From Octopus vulgaris (taxonomy: Eukaryota): DNA of 64,000 nt. The stretch's first letter is position 1; the number at the start of each line of letters is the position of its first letter. This document shows, in pieces, positions 12,765 through 24,280 of this stretch. The notes under the pieces are model-generated. The model saw only the letters and a program-made list of their open reading frames with translations. It had not been told where the DNA came from and made no database searches. The translations under genes and the position numbers were made by a program. The stretch lies in contig OX597815.1 in the NCBI GenBank assembly GCA_951406725.2, positions 163,556,001-163,620,000 of the forward strand. The letters are read 5' to 3'.

Positions 12765-13630
12765 GAACAAAGCCTGAAATTTGTGGGGAAGGACTAAATC
12801 GATTATATCGACCCCAGTGTTCAACTGGTACTTTTTTCATCGACCCCTAAAGTATGAACGGCAAAATAGACCTCGGCGGGATTTGCACTCAGAACGTAAA
12901 GACGGACGGAATACCTATTTCTTTACTACCCACAAGGAGCTAAACACAGAGAGGACGAACAAGGACAGACAAAGGGATTAAGTCGATTATATCGATCCCA
13001 GGATGAAAGGCAAAGTCAAAAATACTGCTAAGCATTTTGCCTGGGATGCTAATGATACTTTTCTACTTTAGGCATAAGGCCAGAAATCTTTCTGGGGGAG
13101 AGAGCCAGTCGATGAGATCGATCCCAGTACGCAACTGGTACTTTTTCAACGATCCCGAAAGGATGAGAGACAATGTAGGCCTCACCAGGATTTGAACTCG
13201 GAACGTAAAGACGGACGAAATACCTATTTCTTTACTACCCCCAAGGGGCTAAACACAGAGAGGACAAACATGGACAGGTAAACGGATTAAGTCGATTATA
13301 TCGACCCCAGTGCGTAACTGGTACTTATTTAATCGACCCCGAAAGGATAAAAGGCAAAGTCGACCTCGGCGGAATTTGAACTCAGAACGTAGCGGCAGGC
13401 GAAATACCTGTTTCTTTATTACCCACAAGGGGCTAAACATAGAGGGGACAAACAAGGACAGACAAACGGATTAGGTCGATTACATCGAGCCCCCAGTGCG
13501 TAACTGCTACTTATTTAATCGACCCCGAAAGAATGAAAAGCAAAGTCGACCTCGGCGGAATTTGAACTCAAAACGTAACAGTAGACGAAATACGGATACG
13601 CATTTCGCCCGGTATGATAACGATTCTGCA
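12765..13630 (-). mobile_element. Head-to-tail multimer or nest of SINE family A copies
   Basis: About five successive reverse-complement A units. Confidence 0.88.
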
Positions 13631-13908
13631 AATATTCAGCTCAAAACCACAGATTTGCTTATCAGTTGCTTGTCCTTAACCACTTGAGCGTGTCCCTTTG
13701 TGGCTGACGATATGTGCATCTCTGATCTCGAGCAGGAGTAGTGGGGAGCATCGTAGACATGTGTTGAGAGGGTTTCTTTGGGATTTGAATAAATGAAACA
13801 AAAGCAAAGTTTGAAGGAAATATCCATTTCTCATACTTTCTAGGGATTAGCAAATAAGAAATAACAGTTACTACCCAAGAACAAATATTGTGTTACAGTC
13901 TTATAGAT

Positions 13909-14139
13909 GTTTCTTTATTACCCACAAGGGGCTAAACATAGAGGGGACAAACAAGGACAGACAAACAGATTAAGACGATTACATCGACCCCAGTGCTTAA
14001 CTGGTACTTAATTTATCGACCCCGAAAGGATGAAAGGCAAAGTCGACCTCGGCGGAATTTGAACTCAGAACGTAGCGGCAGACGAAATACGGCTACGCAT
14101 TTCGCCCGGCGTGCTAACGGTTCTGCCAGCTCGCCGCCT
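13909..14139 (-). mobile_element. SINE family A full-length with 15-bp TSD
   Basis: Flanked by ttacagtcttataga on both sides. Confidence 0.93.
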
Positions 14140-14289
14140 TTTACAGTCTTATAGAATGGAGGTGAATAGTCAAATATTTCCTTCCACGTCAATACTTAAG
14201 GCAAGTTGCGTTGTTATTCTACATTGTAATTTATTTATTACGTCATGTTACTTCTCACATTATCGACTTTTATCTTTTATCCTATAATT

Positions 14290-14630
14290 GTTTCGGCCTT
14301 GCTCGAACATCGACTTGACAGGTCTACTATTTATTTTTTTCTTTATTTTCAAAGCCTCGTACTCATTATATCGGTTATATTTTTGCCGACCTGCTAAGTT
14401 ATGCGGACTTAAACAAACAAACACCGGTTCTCAAGTACCAGTTTGTGGGGATATACACACACACGCACACATATATTACGGGCGTTTTCTTTTAGTTTCC
14501 ATCTACCAAATCCATTCACGATGTTCTGACCGGCTCGGAGCTGTCATAGAAAAAAAGAACACTTTCCCAAGGTGCCAGACAATGGGAGTGAACCTGGAAG
14601 CGAACGTTTTACCACACAGCCACGCCTGGA
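14290..14630 (-). mobile_element. SINE family B decayed copy
   Basis: Similarity to other B copies (tttccatctaccaaatccattcac, ccacacagccacgcct). Confidence 0.7.
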
Positions 14631-15214
14631 CCCTGGTAACATCATAGATTATAAGACAAACTGTTACACTTCCGATTTAGATTTATGATCATAGTTTTAA
14701 TTTTCATTTGATTTTACCTTTTAGAAAAATATAAAGGTTACAAAAATTTCGCCTCCCCGTCTACTAATTTTTGAATTTCATGAGTTTCATAGAGAAAACA
14801 ACAAAAACCCATTCATGATTCGTCTCTCTCTGGTACTATTATATATTGAAACAGATCTTTTTAAAAAGAAAACACAATGAAGAAATATCAATGAAAATGT
14901 TCTCCTTTTGACACGATAATCTAGCTGTATATTTTTTCGTGACGTTGATTAAATACATTGTGAAAACTATTTCTATATCTTGCGGCAACTTACCGAAATA
15001 TTGGCGAACAAACCACTAGGTAAATTTATAGAAATGTGTATTTGTTGTTGTAAGGAAACATACTTGTTTAAAGAGTAAACAATTCTGAGACATCAGCTGC
15101 ATGATAAGTTAAATGGTAAGTTACCTCTAGGCTGGGTACAAGCCAACCAATAAGAAGCATTGCAAAGTATGATTGCAGCATGTCTGGTGCCTGTTGTTAT
15201 TGAAGGTACAGTAG

Positions 15215-15299
15215 CTTCTTCTTCTTCTTCTTCTTCTTCTTCTTCTTCTTCTTCTTCTTCTTCTTCTTCTTCTTCTTCTTCTTCTTCTTCTTCTTCTTC
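15215..15299. repeat. (CTT)n microsatellite
   Basis: Direct inspection. Confidence 0.97.
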
Positions 15300-15329
15300 C
15301 AATCAGGGTCTGAAAGTTTACCACACCAT

Positions 15330-15559
15330 AGTGGGTTACACCATGGTTCCTCTGCTTTGTGGCAGAATTAGGAAGAAAGAGTGAGAGAAAGTTGTGGTGA
15401 AAGAGTACAGCGGGGTTCACCACCACCTCCCTGCCGGGACCTCGTGGAGCTTGGGTGTTTTTGCTTAATAAACACTCACAATGCCCGGTCTGGGAATCGA
15501 AACCACGTTCTTACGATCTCGAGTCCGCTGCCCTAACCACTGGGCCATTGCGCCTCCAC
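15330..15559 (-). mobile_element. SINE family C variant
   Basis: Ends in ccctaaccactgggccattgcgcctcc, the reverse complement of the tRNA-like head. Confidence 0.82.
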
Positions 15560-15911
15560 GCTGGAGTTGGTGGTGATTTATACTCTCGCTAGAGATATAC
15601 ACAAGCGTACATTTTGCACCGAAAACCCATATGAGAGCTTTTCTTATGGTATCTACCGTAGTAAAATCTGTTCAAAGAGAACCTCCACGTTGAAGTGGAA
15701 ATATATATTACCTCACTTGAAATTAATCCTTCTAATACAATTCTATTTCTGTAACTTCCATTGTCTTATTATTTCATTATCTGTTACTTATTTAAACATT
15801 TCCTTAGCTATTATATTTTAAATTCCATATTTCCCTTCCGTATAAAAATAATATGGAGGCGTGTTATCTCAATATTCATTTCACAAATGGCGATTTATAC
15901 AAAATTATATA

Positions 15912-16076
15912 GGCGTAGGCGTGGCTGTGTGGTAAGTAGCTTGCTTACCAACCACATGGTTCCGTGTTTATTTCCACTGCGTGGCACCTTGGGCAAGTGT
16001 TTTTTGCTATAGCCTCGGGCCGACCAAAGCCTTGTGAATGAATTTGGTAGACGGAAATTGAAAGAAGTCTGTCGTA

Positions 16077-16119
<43 letters not shown>

Positions 16120-16325
16120 ATACGTTTGTGTGTCTGTGTTTGTCCCCGCCAACATCGCTTGACAACCGATGCTGGTGTGTTTACATTCCCGTAACTTAGC
16201 GGTTCGGGAAAAGAGACCGATAGAATTAAGTTCTAGGCTTAAAAAGAATAAGTCCTGGGGTCGATTTGCTCGACTAAAGGCGGTGCTCCAGGATGGCCAC
16301 AGTCAAATGACTGAAACAAGTAAAT
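15912..16325 (+). mobile_element. SINE family B full-length
   Basis: ggcgtaggcgtggctgtgtggtaag head, ccttgggcaagtg CORE-like segment, internal microsatellite, conserved tail. Confidence 0.9.
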
Positions 16326-16679
16326 GTGTAAAGTGTGTAAAGGAATTCAGATAAGTCTAAGGACACAACTTTCTTTTATTCTAGCCAACGAGAATGGATT
16401 CCACAAACAATGCAGAAGCTTTCTGTTAGTAAAATTGGTACAAGAATATTTTTTCTGTACAGCAATTAATCCGGTTAAAACTTGATATTTTACAACGCTT
16501 TGCCATGGCAATCTGACCATTTCAAGATATAATAATACTCATAAAAATAATTTCTATCTTCACCACATGAACAAAAAAAAAAAAAAATAAATAAGAAGAG
16601 GGTTGAATAATTCGTTTGACATGTAATAATGATGAAGTCCCTCTTTTAATCATATTTGTTTCAAATTTTTACATCAACG

Positions 16680-17270
16680 GTTAATGGATTACGTCGCCCC
16701 CAGTACTTGATTTTATCGATCCTGAAAGCATGTAAAGTAAAATTAATCTCAGAACTTAGGGAGCCAGAAGAAATGCCGCTACACATTTTAACCAGCGCAC
16801 TGACTATTTTGCCAGCACTCCGTCTTAATTTATATATATATATATATAATTCTTCCTAATTTTGGCACAAGGTCAGTAATTTTGATGCTCAGTTTGTACT
16901 TATTTTATAAAATCCGAAGCGAAAAAAATAACAAAGTCGACCGTGGCGGGATTTGAACGTAAAAATCCCGGAACGAATACAGAAAAGTATGTTGTTTATC
17001 ATAGTAACGAATCTACCTGCTAACCACCTTATTAATCAAAATAATAAATTTTCTTTCAAATGTGAGCAAAAGACCATGGATTTTAAGGGAGAGGATTAGT
17101 CGATTTCAACGACTCCAGTAACTTGACTGTTACTTTATTTTATCGACCCCGAAAGGATGAAAGGTAAAATCAACTATGGTGTAATTCGAACTCAAAACGT
17201 GAAAACCCAGAATAACTGCCGGTAAGCATATTTTCCGACGCGCTTAATGATTCTGGCTACCCACCGCCTT
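16680..17270 (-). mobile_element. Cluster of old, decayed SINE family A copies
   Basis: atcgaccccgaaaggatgaaagg and aaagtcgaccgtggcgggatttgaac remnants. Confidence 0.65.
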
Positions 17271-17735
17271 AATTAATCTTAATAATAAGTATTCCTAAAA
17301 TATATTTGGAGGCAGAAGTATAAACGATTTTAACGAACCTAGTTTTTTTTTCTGTCTCTTATTAAATTTGGTTTCCAAACACAAACTGCTTTATCTCACT
17401 TCACTAACACTTTCGATATCTCAGACATCGCATTTACATCAGTAATTCTTATTAAAATAAATCCCCTCTCAAATATTGTGTGGCCTTGGGCTATGTTAAT
17501 CATCATTACATATATTTCTATATTCAAATCCGATACTGGTCAAACCTGTATTCTATTGCATCGGAATTTTATAAAACCTAGCAGGTAACCATTTTCCTTT
17601 CTCACACGTGTGCTGAGGCTAACCAAAGGATTTTATATTTAGATATATCTGGGGTACTTGTGTATACTCATGACTTTTGCTTCGTTTTTTTTTTCCATGG
17701 GCGCATGTAAGTATTTCATTTATTTCTATTCGTAT

Positions 17736-17796
17736 TTTCTACTGACGAGGAAAAATCTATTATGAGATTAATTCCGAAATTGATTCAATATAGAAA
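17736..17796 (+). ncRNA. Canonical type I hammerhead ribozyme
   Basis: Stem I tttcta/tagaaa, core CTGACGA, stem II ggaa-a-aatct(attatg)agatt-aa-ttcc, GAAA, stem III ttg(att)caa, cleavage triplet AUA (cut after 17790). Confidence 0.85.
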
Positions 17797-17960
17797 TAAC
17801 GAACTTTTTTTTTTAAATTCTGATGGCTAACTTTCCTCGATTTCAGCACAACGTATTTCTGTAGTGAGTATATAATAATATGTGGAAATTAACGATTTAA
17901 AAAAGTCTGTTATCAGCATATTGGCATAGAAATAATTTTCTTTTGCCCTTGTTTATAAGT

Positions 17961-18013
<53 letters not shown>

Positions 18014-18093
18014 GTGGAAAGGAACACACGAGTTGATATATATGAAAAAACAAGTCAAAAATAGAAAATGCTAAGATGATTTTATAGTGAATC

Positions 18094-18137
18094 TTTCAGT
18101 ACCGGTTTCGGTCATTTTGAGACCTTTTCAACTGTAA
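18094..18137 (-). ncRNA. Minimal hammerhead ribozyme, U3-A8 variant, in the PLE 3' end
   Basis: Minus strand reads cag-UUGAAAA-GGUC(ucaaaau)GACC-GAAA-C-CG-GUA-cug. The C3-G8 pair is replaced by compensatory U3-A8, and stem III is palindromic (ACCGGU). Confidence 0.8.
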
Positions 18138-18485
18138 CGATTAAATAATTAAATTTAGAAAAATTAGAAGAAAAGTTTTTTTAAAAGAATATTTCTGTAG
18201 TAGTGTTCAGATATAAGTAGCATTCTGCTTTTCTCTGACTCCCTTGTTTGCGCTTGTGTGTTCGAGGTCGTTTTGAGTTCTTGGTTGGATAGGTGAAGAA
18301 TAATGAGGCTGATGTGGAGAGGGGTGGGGAAATCTGGGAATGCCTTAATGGTCGTATTTTGAATGGTCAGTGGCTGACAGTGGCTGACAGTAGTCGCAGT
18401 TCAATTCAGGAATTGTTTATGGAATTTGCGTAGGCGTTATACTGAAAGACATTAGTGACAAGGTTAAGGGGTGGAAGGTGGAGAA

Positions 18486-18650
18486 GTAGAAGAAGAAGAA
18501 GAAGATGACGATGTTGATGATGATGATGATGAAGAAGAAGAAGAAGAAGAAGAAGGAGAAGGAGAAGGAGATGATGGTGGTGATGATGATGACGACGATG
18601 ATGATGATAATGATGATGATGAAGAAGAAGAGGAGGAAGAAGAAGAAGAA
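18486..18650. repeat. (GAA)/(GAT) compound microsatellite inside the PLE 3' UTR
   Basis: Direct inspection; gives the spurious poly-E/D ORF 18471-18674. Confidence 0.9.
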
Positions 18651-18776
18651 AAAAACAGAGAAGGGAGAATATGAATGGGTGTAAGTATAGCTTTGATGGG
18701 GCTGATTAGTAATGGATTCTATGGAGTGTAATATTTGTGTGTGTATATATTTCTTTTATTCTAAAGTTGAGGTATA

Positions 18777-21106
18777 TTAATTGTTTGTCGTAGACCCGTT
18801 AAGAAGTGGTTTGTATTTTGTAATAAAGAGATTTTCTTTACTTATTCGTTGTCTCGAGGTTGTATCGTCCCTAAATTGGTAGAGGGGGAAAATTCTGAAG
18901 TTTGGTGTTTTTTTGTTGGCGCAAGTATCTATGTGTTGGCTAAAAGCTATTTTTCTGTTTTGGGGAATTTTTATCTGGGATCTGTGCAGGGCCATTCGTT
19001 TACGCAAACCATTTTTTGTTTGGCCTATGTACTGCTCTTGACACCCGGAGCAGGTTAGTGAGTATATTAGGTTCTCCGAAGCACATGTGAAGTTGCTTTT
19101 CACTGTAAACCGTTGTCCCTGTTTGAAGGAGAACTCTGATCCTTCAATTAGATAGTCGCATATCCCGCAATTGGGTCTTCCACATTTTTTTACTGTCGGC
19201 TTCTGTGTTGAAGAGTGAATTCGGGCTTGTGTAAGGAGACTTTTCATGGATCTAGGCTGTCTTTTGCTTTTTATGATCGTGTGTGTTTGGAGGATTGTGT
19301 TCATTCTGTGGTCTTTTTTTAGGAGGGGTATGTTGTGGAGGATGGTGTCGAAGGCTTCGTTATTGAGAGGGTTGTGTGTGGAGATGTATGGTAAGGCTTT
19401 TGGTTGTAAGTTTTTCTTTGATTTGGGATGTCTCAGTTCCTTGATGTTAAGTTGAAGGGCACGTTGAATGCACTTGTCAATAAGTGAAGGTGGATAGTTC
19501 CTGGTGATAAGGGTATCTTTTAGTTCTTGTAGTCGTGTGTCTCTAGTGTTTGCGTTAGAGACTATAGTGCATATCCTTTTTGCTAAATTGAAGGGGATAT
19601 TCATCCTGGTGTGTCTGGGGTGGCATGAATTGAATGGAAGATATTGCTTAGAGTCTGTAGGCTTATAGTATATGTCTGTTTCTATTATATTATTAGCTTT
19701 CTTAATGAGGATATCGAGGAAGGGGAGTTGTTGTTGGCTATATTCCATCGTGAATTGGATGTTTACGTCCAGTCCGTTTAAAATTTTCTGGAATTCTATG
19801 AGTTTTTCTATATTTTTATGCCAAAGGATGAAACAGTCATCTAGATATCTCTTCCAGTTGTTTTCTATGTAGATAGAGAAAGGACTGCCATATCTTTCTA
19901 GAACCTTACGATACAGACTGATCTCTAGGTATCCTATGACTAGATTGGCAAAGGAGGGGGCCATTCGTGTGCCCATCGCAGTCCCCGATTTTTGTCGGTA
20001 GAAGTTGTCATTGAAGGCGAAGAAGTTATTTTCCAGGATGAATTTAACCCCTTCTATCACAAATTCTTTTTTGATGCGGTGTGGTAGTCGTTGGCGTGAT
20101 TCTCTAGCCAGAATTGGATTGCCTCTAGTCCTAGGTTGTGGGGGATATTGGAGTAGAGGTTGACTTCATCGAAGGATACCAGTATGGTGTTTTTGTTTAT
20201 AGTATTCGGTAGGTGATTGAGCATATCTAAGTCGTCCCTTATATAACTTTTGACATGTTTGAGGAGTGGTTTTAACAGGGTGTCTAAAAAGTTACTGAGG
20301 CGGTGGGTTTCGCATGCGGGACCTGCTATTATGGGTCTCAATTTGAGGTCATTAGGATTAGGGACTTTAATTATTTTGTCTGTAGCTATCTTGCATGCGT
20401 TGCTTATTTTTTCACTTTTGTGGATCTTAGGTATACCGTAGAATTGGCTAGTTTTACTTGTGAAATTGGTCATATAATCATATTCTTTGTCGGTGAGCCC
20501 TGCTTTGTATGGGTTTAATATGGATTTTAGTTCCCTCATTATTTTTTGTTGACTGTAGTTTTGTGCCTTTTCATAGTATGTTGTGTCTTCCAGCATAGAA
20601 AGTACCAAAGTTATGTAAAAAGTCGTATCCATTAAGACAACAGCACTCCCTTTATCGGCCTCTTTGATTGTTATTGTTTTATCTTGTTTTAATTTGTTCA
20701 ACTCAGCCCATTCTTTTTTGCTGAAGTTTGGTTTGTGTTTTTGTTTGTGCATATGTTGATATGGGTAATTAGATATGTGGTCACAGAAATCATCAAGTGT
20801 TTTGTTCTTACCTTTCGAGGGGGTGTAGTTACTCCTATTTCTGGCTAACGATTCGTCCTCGTTGTATTTATCGTATAGCTCCTCAGTAAGTCTTAATTTT
20901 CTGCAGAATTCTGCGATGTCTTCTTTCATTTCGTTGTAGTTGGGGTGTTGTGGGGTGGGTGTAAACTTGAGTCCTTTGGAAAGTATGTTAATTTGGTTTG
21001 CTGTTAGTTCCTTGTGAGTTAGATTGATAATTTTTATTACTTTTGGTTCCTCCTGCTTGTTTGGTGCTATCTTGTGTCTCTGTGTTTGCGTATTGGGTCT
21101 AAAAAA
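18777..21106 (-). pseudogene. PLE RT-GIY-YIG polyprotein, single 1-bp deletion near 20089
   Basis: Motifs IINLTHKELT..LSKGLKFTPTP (upstream of the annotated ATG, same frame), IKEADKGSAVV, FYGIPKIHK, LRPIIAG, LVSFDEVNLYSNIP, QKSGTAMGTRMAPSFANL, RYLDD, FLDI, YYKPTD, CGRPNCGIC, NLIYSLTCSGCQEQYIGQT. Adding one base joins ORFs 20057-20929 and 18777-20060 (..AN(E/D)LPHRIKKEFVIEGVK..). Confidence 0.93.
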
Positions 21107-21369
21107 TGAATGCGGTGGTTGGGACGTTAGCTATTATATAGTTGTTCTTTGTTGATGTGGGGTCTCCTGTTGTGATTTATGGTGTGTGTTCTTGGAGCAG
21201 TATTGAGGAGAGCATCCCGATATCCCATATTCGGGTGTGGTGTTCTAGGAGGCCTTCGTTGGTAATCATTGTAAGTGGCGTGGGTTTGTTGTGCATGGTT
21301 GTTTAACCGGTTTATGGGGCGGAGATTTCGTTGGTAACTCTTTTGGGTGGGGATAAGGTTGCAGTGTCT
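21071..21369 (-). pseudogene. C-terminal remnant of a putative upstream ORF of the PLE
   Basis: Frame reads RHCNLIPTQKSYQRNLRP...MGYRDALLNTAPR...EQLYNS*RPNHRIHFLDPIRKHRDTR*. It is open for ~80 codons from the truncation point, has one internal TAA at 21127-21129, and overlaps the RT frame past a T TTT TTA heptamer. Confidence 0.5.
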
Positions 21370-21582
21370 ATATATATATATATATTCTGTTCAGTTTAGA
21401 TCGTTTAATTTCAATACAAGATTGACTTTCATTATGAGCAACAACCCTTTCTTTCTTTCTTTGCTTCACTTTATTTACATTTTTTATAGATCTGTTACAT
21501 AATTCATACTTATTAATTTGCGAAAACTTTTCTCATATTGTATGTATGTATAATATACTTGCATATGTTACCTCTCCCTTTC

Positions 21583-21627
<45 letters not shown>

Positions 21628-22248
21628 ATATATATATATATATATATAATCACATATGTTTATGCAATGCATATTCTCTCTGTAGTTCCTGCTGCATAGT
21701 AAATGCACAGAAGCAAAACCGGGTTGATATTCAAATGTATTTGATCGAAACTGGGTCATGTGCCCAAGAAAAATACATCTTTTCCATCAAACACGCTGTT
21801 CCTTTTCATATCGACGATTCACTCACAATTTGCCATGGATACCGCTTCTTTTCTACAATATTCGAAGTATTTGCTTATGTCGTTATTCTTATAATTACTA
21901 GACTACCCGAATTGTTAATGATGACGGCGAATATTTTATTTGACTTTCTGATTATTACAATATTTCGGTTTGTATGTATGTATGAATGTTCGATTTTTCC
22001 AATTGGAGGTATTGTTGAAAAATGTACATGATGAAAGTTGCTAATGATGAGAGTATGAGGACGTAAATAAAAGTGCCAAATAACAAGAAAATACGAAAAT
22101 TATATTTATCACTCCCCAAATATTATAGAGGTTTTATTACTTTTAATATGCACGATATGTCGTCGTCAGTGATTTACTCGTTATTCTACATTATGTTATT
22201 TTCTACTATAAATTCTCTGCCTAATTTCACAAATGTTGTACATATATA

Positions 22249-22417
22249 GGCGTAGGAGTGGCTGTGTGGTAAGTAGATTGCTTACGAACCACATGGTTCC
22301 GGGTTCAGTCCCACTGCGTGACACCTTGGGCAAGTGTCTTCTACTATAGCCTCGGGCCGACCAAAGCCTTGTGAGTGGATTTGGTAGATGGAAACTGAAA
22401 GAAGCCCGTCGTATACA

Positions 22418-22470
<53 letters not shown>

Positions 22471-22670
22471 TTTGTGTGTTGTGTTTATCCCCACCAACAT
22501 CGCTTGACAACCGATGCTGGTGTGTTTACGTCCCCGTAATTTAGCGGTTCGGCAAAAGAGTCCGATAGAATAAGTACTAGGCTTACAAAGAATAAGTCCT
22601 GGGGTCGATTTGCTCGACTAAAGGCAGTGCTCCAGGATGGCCACTGTCAAATGACTGAAACAACTAAATG
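22249..22670 (+). mobile_element. SINE family B full-length
   Basis: Closely similar to 15912-16325 and 46793-47190. Confidence 0.92.
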
Positions 22671-22802
22671 AGTATATAGGAATTCAAAGTTACCAAAATG
22701 TGTGCATATTTGTACATAGGTACACGTTCTAACAACCTGGTTGCATGCATTGTCTAAATGTTTTCAAGCGGTAGCAGGTTATATTTATGCAAAAGCAGCA
22801 CA

Positions 22803-23204
22803 TCTTTATATATAAAAGTCAAGTTGTGTGTCTGTCTCCTACGATTTAGATTCCTAACTACTCCCACATTTTGCGGTGCAGTTTAACCAAAACCGGGTAT
22901 CTTATCGTCGTAATTCATATTGAGCCCTTCTGGGTATTAGCGCGCGTCTACGATGAGTCTACGATTTTAAAAAATATTTACCATCATTGTTTTCCATTTT
23001 AATGCATTTTTTCGCTATTATATAAGGGAAGTAACTCTCTAAAAATGTCTACGATGAGTCAACGATCTAAAAACAAATTTACCATAATTTTTTTTTCCAA
23101 TTTTAATGCATTTTTTTTTTGCTATTTTTTGGCTATAACTCTCTAAAAATGCTTATATAGTTATTTCCCTTACAAACCCGAGCAACGCCGGGCGATACTG
23201 CTAG
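22803..23204 (+). mobile_element. Non-autonomous Helitron
   Basis: A|TCTTTATATATAAAAG 5' end, subterminal hairpin cccgagcaacgccggg, CTAG|T 3' end, inserted between A and T with no TSD. Contains an internal ~90-bp direct duplication. Confidence 0.85.
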
Positions 23205-23992
23205 TTTACAATATATTTGACATGTTCATGGAAAAATCTATACATGTACATAATAAATATTATTATTAACACTCATTACAAAAGTTTCTGAAGAAGAATA
23301 TTTCATGCATAGATACGAGGAAACACCAACACATCTTGTCTTTTGAATTTTCAATCTGTAATTTGAAATTATTTCTGTTTTTTTATTTTTTTTGTCCTGC
23401 TTACATCAAGAAGTAATGAATGTAGTATAATAACTGAATAGGCTAAAGTTGAACATACGGTACTTCTCAGTAAGTTGAATATAAAAGTAATAGTGGAATA
23501 TAGTGAAGCCGAGTAATTAATATATAGAGCGTATTAGATATACATTGATGACAACGTATTATATATACTGATTAGATTTACCAAAGAGAAAAATTAGAAA
23601 AGAAATTTGAACATCGGAAATTATGAACATAAAAACATTTGTTGAGTATTTTGAGACAAAGAAGATAGCAGAATGAACTTTTTTGGATTTGGTTTGCAAG
23701 ATTCTTTATGAGTCAAGACTATCGAAAAGCTTGCAAGACGCAACGGAAATTTTAGGAAAATAAAAATAAGAAATAAGTAGAAATTTTACCGGTGAATGTG
23801 TTACATTATAAGGCACAAAAAGAAAATGACTCTCCCCAGACACAACAGAATGAACTTTCTGATACAAAAAATAAACAGAACGACTCCAGTTCATATCGAA
23901 TAAATTAGAACTCGTGTAGAATGATGTAGAAGCATGTCCATATATAGTGGAACATATTCAACAGCTTCAGATGACTAAGTGTTATCTTTAAA

Positions 23993-24280
23993 AGGCGCAT
24001 GGCTCAGTGTTCAGAGCGTCTAGGTTTTGAGCTCGATTCCTGGACCGGCCTGTGTGTTGTGTTCTCGAGCAAGACACTTTATTTCATGTTGCTCCAGTTC
24101 ACTCAGCTTTAGAAATGAGTTGCGATGACACTGGTGCCAAGCTGTATCAGCCTTTGCCTTTCCCTTGGATAACATCGGTGGCGTGGAGAGAGGAGGCTGG
24201 TATGCATGAACAACTGCTGATCTTCTATAAACAACTTGTACCTCGGAGAGGAATATTGTAGGTGCAATCCCATGGTCAAA
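23993..24280 (+). mobile_element. SINE family C variant (tail shared with 37620-37850)
   Basis: ggcgcatggctcagtgttcagagcg head; actggtgccaagctgtatc tail segment also at 37693. Confidence 0.78.

Larger units (their letters stand above)
18011..21368 (-). mobile_element. Penelope-like retroelement (endonuclease-containing, Neptune/Naiad-like), 5'-truncated, inserted in (TA)n
   Basis: RT + GIY-YIG coding region, ~770-nt 3' UTR with hammerhead, (TA)n at both ends (17963-18010 and 21368-21385). Confidence 0.93.

Noticed and set aside
18471-18674. Acidic poly-E/D ORF
   Set aside because: A GAA/GAT microsatellite antisense to the PLE 3' UTR.
18011-20929. Selenoprotein-type PLE (as reported for some Naiad elements)
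   Set aside because: The reconstructed RT-endonuclease frame has no in-frame TGA. The TGA at 20057-20059 is only reached after the 1-bp deletion, and no SECIS was recognised.
21546-22031. 161-aa ORF
   Set aside because: It starts through a microsatellite and has no recognisable motifs or splice structure.
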